Assembly: GCA_000004985.1 (NCBI GenBank)
Contig: GG738966.1
DNA from: Naegleria gruberi
Taxonomy: Eukaryota
Length of the DNA stretch: 15,390 bases
Strand: one strand, 5' to 3'
Positions 7,822 to 15,390 of the stretch are shown piece by piece. Within the stretch, counting starts at the first letter, position 1, and each line of letters starts with the position of its first letter. Under the pieces are notes generated by a model that was not told where the DNA came from, made no database searches, and saw nothing but the letters and a program-made list of their open reading frames with translations. The translations under genes and the position numbers were made by a program.

Positions 7822-8993
7822 ATGAATATTACACAACCTAACTTTATCACCACGACATTGCAACAATTGTTGGAAATGGGATTTACGCACGAACAAGCCA
7901 CACAAATGATCATTGTTCTCGAACAAGAGAAAACAAAGCAATTGGAAATTAATTCAAAGAAGAGAAACATGGATGAAAATTCAGAATTTGATTCATTCGG
8001 AAAAAAGAGAAAACAAGATGAAGAATTGTTTCCTGATGAAATTATAGTTGAATTGTATCATATCTTTCTAATTTTGAAGGATTCCGATTAATGTTTGTCA
8101 GTAAACAATTTATGAAAGCTTGCCGATTAATTAGAAAATGGTTGATTACTTCGGATTGCACTACCGAATTATTAAGAATGTTTTGTGAATCGTCATTTGC
8201 TGAACAAATTCACTCTTTGGTGATTGATGTTCCAATCACTTGGGAATTATTCAATCAAATCAAACTTAATTTTACAAATTTGAAAGAGTTGAATCTGTAC
8301 GAAGTAGCATTTCTCGATTTTTCAAATTATTTTGAAAGCAACCATTTAGAATCTTTAATAGTTCGAAACTGTAATAACATTAATCTCAATTCATTGCATT
8401 TATTCAATTTACAACATATAGAATGTCCCCTAAAGTCATCCAGTGGTGTCAGTAATATCATTCATTCGAATACTTTCAGCTTAAAAAGTATTACACTGCA
8501 TGGGAATGGAAATGTGATTAAGGAGGCTCACTTGTTTAAAAATCTTCCAGCATTGGAATATCTTAAACTTGTCAGATTTAACATTCCAGTTTCACAATTT
8601 AAGGAAATATTGAATTGTAAAGGTTTAAAATCACTACATTTACAATTCATTACTAACACGAGTGCCATTCTTTTGGACCAAAAACATTCACAGTTGTTCA
8701 ATTTGCCAACATTAGAAAAATTAGAAAGTTATCGAGTAGATCTTGACCTTATGCAGATTCTTATCCAATCAATGATTGCTCCTCTATTGAAATATTTATC
8801 AATTGGGGTAAATGGTGTCTTTAATTTTACACTTTCAAAAGCCTTTAGAGAAAATACATCTCTATCAAATATTGAAAACTTGTCTATTGAGAATCAGATA
8901 GAAAATATGGAAATAATTGAAAATATTTGTGAAAAAATATCCAAGTTACCTTTAAACAAATTTGCCTTTTCTGGAAATTCACTGTGTTTCTCA
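7822..8993 (+). CDS. F-box/leucine-rich-repeat protein, an SCF substrate-adaptor-like protein, with a UBA-like N-terminus. It is a single gene interrupted by a -1 frame change at 8088-8091 (ORFs 7822-8091 and 8091-gap). The 3' end is lost in gap 2.
   Basis: The N-terminus LQQLLEMGFTHEQATQMIIVL matches the UBA pattern ..L.eMGF..e.a..AL. The F-box consensus LPdEIL..If..L...dL....VsK.W is reconstituted only by joining the end of ORF1 (FPDEIIVELYHIFLILKDSD) to the start of ORF2 (LMFVSKQFMKACRLIRKWL). Downstream there are at least 8 LRR-like L..L.L..C..I.D repeats (NLKELNLYEV, LESLIVRNCNNINL, LKSITLHGNGNVI, LEYLKLVRFNI, LKSLHLQFITN and others). Confidence 0.6.
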
Positions 8994-11900
8994 NNNNNNN
9001 NNNNNNNNNNNNNNNNNNNNNNNNNNNNNNNNNNNNNNNNNNNNNNNNNNNNNNNNNNNNNNNNNNNNNNNNNNNNNNNNNNNNNNNNNNNNNNNNNNNN
9101 NNNNNNNNNNNNNNNNNNNNNNNNNNNNNNNNNNNNNNNNNNNNNNNNNNNNNNNNNNNNNNNNNNNNNNNNNNNNNNNNNNNNNNNNNNNNNNNNNNNN
9201 NNNNNNNNNNNNNNNNNNNNNNNNNNNNNNNNNNNNNNNNNNNNNNNNNNNNNNNNNNNNNNNNNNNNNNNNNNNNNNNNNNNNNNNNNNNNNNNNNNNN
9301 NNNNNNNNNNNNNNNNNNNNNNNNNNNNNNNNNNNNNNNNNNNNNNNNNNNNNNNNNNNNNNNNNNNNNNNNNNNNNNNNNNNNNNNNNNNNNNNNNNNN
9401 NNNNNNNNNNNNNNNNNNNNNNNNNNNNNNNNNNNNNNNNNNNNNNNNNNNNNNNNNNNNNNNNNNNNNNNNNNNNNNNNNNNNNNNNNNNNNNNNNNNN
9501 NNNNNNNNNNNNNNNNNNNNNNNNNNNNNNNNNNNNNNNNNNNNNNNNNNNNNNNNNNNNNNNNNNNNNNNNNNNNNNNNNNNNNNNNNNNNNNNNNNNN
9601 NNNNNNNNNNNNNNNNNNNNNNNNNNNNNNNNNNNNNNNNNNNNNNNNNNNNNNNNNNNNNNNNNNNNNNNNNNNNNNNNNNNNNNNNNNNNNNNNNNNN
9701 NNNNNNNNNNNNNNNNNNNNNNNNNNNNNNNNNNNNNNNNNNNNNNNNNNNNNNNNNNNNNNNNNNNNNNNNNNNNNNNNNNNNNNNNNNNNNNNNNNNN
9801 NNNNNNNNNNNNNNNNNNNNNNNNNNNNNNNNNNNNNNNNNNNNNNNNNNNNNNNNNNNNNNNNNNNNNNNNNNNNNNNNNNNNNNNNNNNNNNNNNNNN
9901 NNNNNNNNNNNNNNNNNNNNNNNNNNNNNNNNNNNNNNNNNNNNNNNNNNNNNNNNNNNNNNNNNNNNNNNNNNNNNNNNNNNNNNNNNNNNNNNNNNNN
10001 NNNNNNNNNNNNNNNNNNNNNNNNNNNNNNNNNNNNNNNNNNNNNNNNNNNNNNNNNNNNNNNNNNNNNNNNNNNNNNNNNNNNNNNNNNNNNNNNNNNN
10101 NNNNNNNNNNNNNNNNNNNNNNNNNNNNNNNNNNNNNNNNNNNNNNNNNNNNNNNNNNNNNNNNNNNNNNNNNNNNNNNNNNNNNNNNNNNNNNNNNNNN
10201 NNNNNNNNNNNNNNNNNNNNNNNNNNNNNNNNNNNNNNNNNNNNNNNNNNNNNNNNNNNNNNNNNNNNNNNNNNNNNNNNNNNNNNNNNNNNNNNNNNNN
10301 NNNNNNNNNNNNNNNNNNNNNNNNNNNNNNNNNNNNNNNNNNNNNNNNNNNNNNNNNNNNNNNNNNNNNNNNNNNNNNNNNNNNNNNNNNNNNNNNNNNN
10401 NNNNNNNNNNNNNNNNNNNNNNNNNNNNNNNNNNNNNNNNNNNNNNNNNNNNNNNNNNNNNNNNNNNNNNNNNNNNNNNNNNNNNNNNNNNNNNNNNNNN
10501 NNNNNNNNNNNNNNNNNNNNNNNNNNNNNNNNNNNNNNNNNNNNNNNNNNNNNNNNNNNNNNNNNNNNNNNNNNNNNNNNNNNNNNNNNNNNNNNNNNNN
10601 NNNNNNNNNNNNNNNNNNNNNNNNNNNNNNNNNNNNNNNNNNNNNNNNNNNNNNNNNNNNNNNNNNNNNNNNNNNNNNNNNNNNNNNNNNNNNNNNNNNN
10701 NNNNNNNNNNNNNNNNNNNNNNNNNNNNNNNNNNNNNNNNNNNNNNNNNNNNNNNNNNNNNNNNNNNNNNNNNNNNNNNNNNNNNNNNNNNNNNNNNNNN
10801 NNNNNNNNNNNNNNNNNNNNNNNNNNNNNNNNNNNNNNNNNNNNNNNNNNNNNNNNNNNNNNNNNNNNNNNNNNNNNNNNNNNNNNNNNNNNNNNNNNNN
10901 NNNNNNNNNNNNNNNNNNNNNNNNNNNNNNNNNNNNNNNNNNNNNNNNNNNNNNNNNNNNNNNNNNNNNNNNNNNNNNNNNNNNNNNNNNNNNNNNNNNN
11001 NNNNNNNNNNNNNNNNNNNNNNNNNNNNNNNNNNNNNNNNNNNNNNNNNNNNNNNNNNNNNNNNNNNNNNNNNNNNNNNNNNNNNNNNNNNNNNNNNNNN
11101 NNNNNNNNNNNNNNNNNNNNNNNNNNNNNNNNNNNNNNNNNNNNNNNNNNNNNNNNNNNNNNNNNNNNNNNNNNNNNNNNNNNNNNNNNNNNNNNNNNNN
11201 NNNNNNNNNNNNNNNNNNNNNNNNNNNNNNNNNNNNNNNNNNNNNNNNNNNNNNNNNNNNNNNNNNNNNNNNNNNNNNNNNNNNNNNNNNNNNNNNNNNN
11301 NNNNNNNNNNNNNNNNNNNNNNNNNNNNNNNNNNNNNNNNNNNNNNNNNNNNNNNNNNNNNNNNNNNNNNNNNNNNNNNNNNNNNNNNNNNNNNNNNNNN
11401 NNNNNNNNNNNNNNNNNNNNNNNNNNNNNNNNNNNNNNNNNNNNNNNNNNNNNNNNNNNNNNNNNNNNNNNNNNNNNNNNNNNNNNNNNNNNNNNNNNNN
11501 NNNNNNNNNNNNNNNNNNNNNNNNNNNNNNNNNNNNNNNNNNNNNNNNNNNNNNNNNNNNNNNNNNNNNNNNNNNNNNNNNNNNNNNNNNNNNNNNNNNN
11601 NNNNNNNNNNNNNNNNNNNNNNNNNNNNNNNNNNNNNNNNNNNNNNNNNNNNNNNNNNNNNNNNNNNNNNNNNNNNNNNNNNNNNNNNNNNNNNNNNNNN
11701 NNNNNNNNNNNNNNNNNNNNNNNNNNNNNNNNNNNNNNNNNNNNNNNNNNNNNNNNNNNNNNNNNNNNNNNNNNNNNNNNNNNNNNNNNNNNNNNNNNNN
11801 NNNNNNNNNNNNNNNNNNNNNNNNNNNNNNNNNNNNNNNNNNNNNNNNNNNNNNNNNNNNNNNNNNNNNNNNNNNNNNNNNNNNNNNNNNNNNNNNNNNN

Positions 11901-13498
11901 NNNNNNNNNNNNNNNNNNNNNNNNNNNNNNNNNNNNNNNNNNNNNNNNNNNNNNNNNNNNNNNNNNNNNNNNNNNNNNNNNNNNNNNNNNNNNNNNNNNN
12001 NNNNNNNNNNNNNNNNNNNNNNNNNNNNNNNNNNNNNNNNNNNNNNNNNNNNNNNNNNNNNNNNNNNNNNNNNNNNNNNNNNNNNNNNNNNNNNNNNNNN
12101 NNNNNNNNNNNNNNNNNNNNNNNNNNNNNNNNNNNNNNNNNNNNNNNNNNNNNNNNNNNNNNNNNNNNNNNNNNNNNNNNNNNNNNNNNNNNNNNNNNNN
12201 NNNNNNNNNNNNNNNNNNNNNNNNNNNNNNNNNNNNNNNNNNNNNNNNNNNNNNNNNNNNNNNNNNNNNNNNNNNNNNNNNNNNNNNNNNNNNNNNNNNN
12301 NNNNNNNNNNNNNNNNNNNNNNNNNNNNNNNNNNNNNNNNNNNNNNNNNNNNNNNNNNNNNNNNNNNNNNNNNNNNNNNNNNNNNNNNNNNNNNNNNNNN
12401 NNNNNNNNNNNNNNNNNNNNNNNNNNNNNNNNNNNNNNNNNNNNNNNNNNNNNNNNNNNNNNNNNNNNNNNNNNNNNNNNNNNNNNNNNNNNNNNNNNNN
12501 NNNNNNNNNNNNNNNNNNNNNNNNNNNNNNNNNNNNNNNNNNNNNNNNNNNNNNNNNNNNNNNNNNNNNNNNNNNNNNNNNNNNNNNNNNNNNNNNNNNN
12601 NNNNNNNNNNNNNNNNNNNNNNNNNNNNNNNNNNNNNNNNNNNNNNNNNNNNNNNNNNNNNNNNNNNNNNNNNNNNNNNNNNNNNNNNNNNNNNNNNNNN
12701 NNNNNNNNNNNNNNNNNNNNNNNNNNNNNNNNNNNNNNNNNNNNNNNNNNNNNNNNNNNNNNNNNNNNNNNNNNNNNNNNNNNNNNNNNNNNNNNNNNNN
12801 NNNNNNNNNNNNNNNNNNNNNNNNNNNNNNNNNNNNNNNNNNNNNNNNNNNNNNNNNNNNNNNNNNNNNNNNNNNNNNNNNNNNNNNNNNNNNNNNNNNN
12901 NNNNNNNNNNNNNNNNNNNNNNNNNNNNNNNNNNNNNNNNNNNNNNNNNNNNNNNNNNNNNNNNNNNNNNNNNNNNNNNNNNNNNNNNNNNNNNNNNNNN
13001 NNNNNNNNNNNNNNNNNNNNNNNNNNNNNNNNNNNNNNNNNNNNNNNNNNNNNNNNNNNNNNNNNNNNNNNNNNNNNNNNNNNNNNNNNNNNNNNNNNNN
13101 NNNNNNNNNNNNNNNNNNNNNNNNNNNNNNNNNNNNNNNNNNNNNNNNNNNNNNNNNNNNNNNNNNNNNNNNNNNNNNNNNNNNNNNNNNNNNNNNNNNN
13201 NNNNNNNNNNNNNNNNNNNNNNNNNNNNNNNNNNNNNNNNNNNNNNNNNNNNNNNNNNNNNNNNNNNNNNNNNNNNNNNNNNNNNNNNNNNNNNNNNNNN
13301 NNNNNNNNNNNNNNNNNNNNNNNNNNNNNNNNNNNNNNNNNNNNNNNNNNNNNNNNNNNNNNNNNNNNNNNNNNNNNNNNNNNNNNNNNNNNNNNNNNNN
13401 NNNNNNNNNNNNNNNNNNNNNNNNNNNNNNNNNNNNNNNNNNNNNNNNNNNNNNNNNNNNNNNNNNNNNNNNNNNNNNNNNNNNNNNNNNNNNNNNNN
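8994..13498. other. Assembly gap 2 (4,505 N).
   Basis: Run of n characters. It hides the 3' part of the F-box/LRR gene and the 3' part of the Rho-family GTPase gene. Confidence 0.99.
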
Positions 13499-13686
13499 AG
13501 CAGAGTAGTTATCAAAGACAGTTGGAACGTATCTATTAGAAACTTGTTAATAAACTATAATTTTCTATTCGAAACCTACTCTTCAGGGAAGTGATTCTTA
13601 GCATAGACGTACAAGAGACATGTCTTACCGACAGCACCATCACCAACGATAACGCATTTAATATGTTGAACGGTTGTCTTGCTCAT
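13499..13686 (-). CDS. Rho-family small GTPase (Rac/Cdc42/Rho5-like), 5' part. Exon 1 is 13686..13580 (ATG at 13686-13684, 35 codons plus 2 nt). A 47-nt intron occupies 13579..13533. Exon 2 runs 13532..13499 and continues into gap 2.
   Basis: The minus-strand translation is [35 protein letters not shown]|[12 protein letters not shown]. The P-loop [11 protein letters not shown] and switch-[10 protein letters not shown] are diagnostic of Rho/Rac/Cdc42, and DNYSA is Rac-like. The spliced junction restores the frame exactly, whereas the unspliced read hits TAG after FPEE. Confidence 0.8.
13533..13579 (-). other. Spliceosomal intron (47 nt) in the Rho-family GTPase gene: gtaggtttcgaatagaaaattatagtttattaacaagtttctaatag.
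   Basis: The donor is GTAGGT. TATTAAC, a one-mismatch variant of the TACTAAC branch site, lies 14 nt from the 3' AG. It is the only acceptor that yields the conserved [10 protein letters not shown] continuation; the other three upstream AGs give immediate stops. Confidence 0.7.
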
Positions 13687-14415
13687 TGTATTGTTGGAGT
13701 GTTGACAATTTTTTTTTTTAAAGTTTTAAATGTGACAAGTGAATGACAGCTTGACAGAGGGCATGACTGTTTTGCCAACAAGAAGGATCCCTTAACGGTG
13801 AACTGTGAAGAATGACTTGATGAACACAGAAATTGAGAATTTAAATGTAAATTGAGGTAACGAATTTTTGTTTGAGGTTTTTAAATTGATGCCTGAAAGG
13901 TGGCAGCAGTTAATTTTCAACAATGGCACAGAAGAGAAGAAAAAGGATATTGGTGCTCTTCTCTTATTCATCATCTAGATTCCCAATTGGTGTTTAGATA
14001 ACCAATAGGAAGCTAGAACATGAATTACATTCGTGAAGGGAGAAGGAGGAACTCTGAAAAAGTGTTGGACCTTTCAAATTGATTGTGTTGATTCATCAGG
14101 AGCGAAGATTGTGTTGGAAAATAAAGAGCAATTCAAGAATAAGATTTGGGTTTTGGTGTTTTGTTGATTATTTCACAAGTTGTTGCAATTTGATCATCGA
14201 CAGTAAGTAATGTATAAAATGGATTGAAATAGAACATGATCATTGCTGACTAACTTCCTTTTAATGTTCTTGATATATTTCAATAGTTCAATGTTCTTGA
14301 TCATGATTCGTTCCCTTAAATTCAAAATTGGTTTGCTGTAACCTTTGGCGCCAAAATGAATTGTTCAACCTAAGGTAACTTTTACGAACACTAAAAAAAC
14401 AATTCAAAAAAAAAT
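13687..14415. promoter_or_regulatory. Divergent intergenic/promoter region (about 730 bp) between the GTPase start (-) and the Ser/Thr-rich gene start (+). It contains a 12-nt poly(dT) tract at 13711-13722 and an intron-like element at 14203-14286.
   Basis: It lies between divergent ATGs and holds only short spurious ORFs. A homopolymer dA:dT tract immediately upstream of the GTPase ATG is typical of nucleosome-excluding promoter elements in yeasts. Confidence 0.3.
14203..14286 (+). other. Putative 84-nt spliceosomal intron in the 5' leader upstream of the Ser/Thr-rich gene: GTAAGT...GACTAAC...(33 nt)...TAG.
   Basis: The donor GTAAGT is at 14203-14208. A branch-site-like GACTAAC lies at 14248-14254, and the first downstream AG is at 14285-14286. 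There is no ATG in the 180 nt upstream, so if real it is a 5'-UTR intron. Short uORFs remain downstream (ATG at 14291, 14303 and 14357). Confidence 0.35.
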
Positions 14416-15384
14416 ATGGTGTTCCTGCAGTTGATGAAGGAAGCAATGTNNNNNNNNNNNNNNNNNNNNNNNNNNNNNNNNNNNNNNNNNNNNNNNNNNT
14501 GCTCAAATTCAAGCAAAGCACAACACTTTCAAAATTCAAAGAGAGAATCTATACCCACTAATAGTAAGGATTCAAATTCGCCGAAATTAACAACATCCTT
14601 ATCGAATGAAACATTCTATTCAGAGAACCGCAGTGAAATAAGTCCTCCTGATCCATTTCAGTCTTCACAAAAGGGAGTTCCCTCCAAACTGTCCTCAACC
14701 AATTCTAATCAACAAGAAAAAGATTCTTCACCACTTAGTAAGGAAACTTTTACTCCAGTAGTTGCTTTTAGTCCAATTCTTACTGATATTGAAGATGATT
14801 CAAAGGCAATTTACATGCATCCATATCATGGAAGCTTGCCTCCCCTTAGTCCAAGCAATTCAACATGCTCTTCAAAGACCTCTTCAAGCAATTGCAGCAC
14901 TCTTTCATCTCCTAAAGAGAAGATCACATCCCCATCTCATTCATCATCGTACATTACTGCATCTGCTACATACTCATCTTCACCATCACCATCATCAACA
15001 ACATCAGGAGTTGCAACTAGCTCTTCTCCAACTACACTCATCCAACCATCGTCAACAGCATCTGTTAATGCATCTACATCTAACACAACACCAGAAACAA
15101 TAACATCCACCCCAATAATCTCAAAAGAAACACCCAAACCAACCATTGAGATCAGTAAAGTGTCGAATACTGCTCCGACTACATCTTCGCCAATTTCCAA
15201 AGATAAATTAAAGAGAGCTAGACCTCTTTCTGCAACCAAAAATCCACTGGTTCAATCTCTGACATTGGAAAAATTTAAAGACGATTTAGCTATTGGAAGA
15301 AAATCGAAATCAAATATCATTTCAGATAATTCAGTCAAAGTACCTTACAGCTCTTCACTAACTAGATCAGGGAAGAACCATTAA
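14416..15384 (+). CDS. Ser/Thr/Pro/Asn-rich low-complexity protein, possibly a regulatory or cell-surface protein. The candidate start ATG is at 14416 (aaaaaaaatATGg). The body is open in frame 1 from 14500 to TAA at 15382-15384 and is interrupted by the 50-N gap 14450-14499, so true length and phase across the gap are unknown.
   Basis: A continuous 295-codon open frame follows the gap, with strong Ser/Thr bias (SSSNCSTLSSPKEKITSPSHSSSYITASATYSSSPSPSSTTSG...). The first in-frame ATG after the gap is far downstream (about 14816), so the start must lie in or before the gap. Confidence 0.5.
   Translation: MVFLQLMKEAMXXXXXXXXXXXXXXXXXCSNSSKAQHFQNSKRESIPTNSKDSNSPKLTTSLSNETFYSENRSEISPPDPFQSSQKGVPSKLSSTNSNQQEKDSSPLSKETFTPVVAFSPILTDIEDDSKAIYMHPYHGSLPPLSPSNSTCSSKTSSSNCSTLSSPKEKITSPSHSSSYITASATYSSSPSPSSTTSGVATSSSPTTLIQPSSTASVNASTSNTTPETITSTPIISKETPKPTIEISKVSNTAPTTSSPISKDKLKRARPLSATKNPLVQSLTLEKFKDDLAIGRKSKSNIISDNSVKVPYSSSLTRSGKNH
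14450..14499. other. Assembly gap 3, exactly 50 N, a conventional placeholder for a gap of unknown size.
   Basis: Run of 50 n characters. This is not a multiple of 3, so the apparent in-frame continuity of the flanking ORF in the six-frame track is coincidental. Confidence 0.95.
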
Positions 15385-15390
15385 ATCACA

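Noticed and set aside
5607-7941. Minus-strand and alternate-frame ORFs 5607..5792, 6313..6543, 6725..6919, 7573..7941 and plus-strand 7359..7544
   Set aside because: They lie inside or antisense to MAD1 or overlap the MAD1 3' end, are short, and are low-complexity. The 7573..7941 ORF also overlaps the start of the F-box gene on the opposite strand.
5996-8091. Programmed ribosomal frameshifting as the explanation for the two frame junctions
   Set aside because: No known +1 heptamer (CUU-AGG-C type) or -1 slippery site (X XXY YYZ) with a downstream structure is evident at either junction. Two indels in a gap-ridden draft are more parsimonious. The possibility is kept as a low-probability alternative in the findings.
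8884-13594. Three ORFs of about 1,500 aa (8884..13515 -, 8962..13539 +, 8984..13594 +) and the 1,805-aa reading of 8091..13508
   Set aside because: These are artefacts of the 4,505-nt N run. The real coding sequence ends at 8993 and resumes at 13499.
13792-14539. Minus-strand ORFs 13792..13974 and 14288..14539 in the divergent intergenic region
   Set aside because: They are short, have no start context and no recognisable features. The second runs through the 50-N gap.
14762-15239. His/Gln-rich plus-strand ORF 14762..15103 and acidic minus-strand ORF 14937..15239
   Set aside because: They are alternate-frame readings of the Ser/Thr-rich gene. Low-complexity codon periodicity keeps all frames open.
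1-15390. Prokaryotic or phage features (CRISPR arrays, operons, RBS) or a ciliate-type genetic code
   Set aside because: A spliceosomal intron is present, along with eukaryotic checkpoint, SCF and Rho genes and A-rich Kozak-like contexts. Long standard-code ORFs with TAA/TAG/TGA terminators argue against reassigned stop codons. No direct-repeat/spacer arrays were found.

Overview
This is a eukaryotic nuclear window, AT-rich, gene-dense and intron-poor. Of 15,390 nt, 6,457 (42%) are N: runs at 3160-5061 (1,902 nt), 8994-13498 (4,505 nt) and 14450-14499 (exactly 50 nt, a conventional unknown-size scaffold gap). Only about 8.9 kb of real sequence is visible. A-rich start contexts ('aaaaaaaATGg', 'aaaacaaaATGtct'), Ser/Thr/Asn-rich low-complexity proteins, very few CTG codons and yeast-type intron signals (GTAAGT..GACTAAC..TAG) point to a budding-yeast-like fungus. 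Frequent CTC/GCC/AAG codons and a 77-bp tandem intergenic spacer are not typical of Candida albicans, so the taxon is left open.

Features I can support, left to right:
- (+) 2-265: the 3' end of a gene that starts upstream of the window.
- (-) 519-2024: an intact 501-aa ORF of unknown function.
- (+) 2172-3159: a gene truncated by gap 1 whose zinc-finger and DG motifs resemble the N-terminal region of Tnp2/Transposase_21 (CACTA/EnSpm-type) transposases.
- (+) 5062-7744: a clear MAD1 spindle-checkpoint orthologue. It runs out of gap 1 and is broken by a +1 frame change near 6040-6072.
- (+) 7822-8993: a UBA-like/F-box/LRR gene. Its F-box motif spans a -1 frame junction at 8088-8091, and it runs into gap 2.
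- (-) 13499-13686: a Rho-family (Rac/Cdc42-like) GTPase whose first exon is separated from exon 2 by a 47-nt intron. Its 3' part lies in gap 2.
- (+) 14203-14286: a well-formed 84-nt intron-like element in the leader of the last gene.
- (+) 14416/14500-15384: a Ser/Thr-rich protein gene interrupted by the 50-N gap.

No prokaryotic features (CRISPR, operons) are present. The most interesting items are the transposase-like gene next to an assembly break, the two frame disruptions in adjacent conserved genes, and the two introns. Whatever occupies the 6.4 kb of N cannot be assessed from this window.
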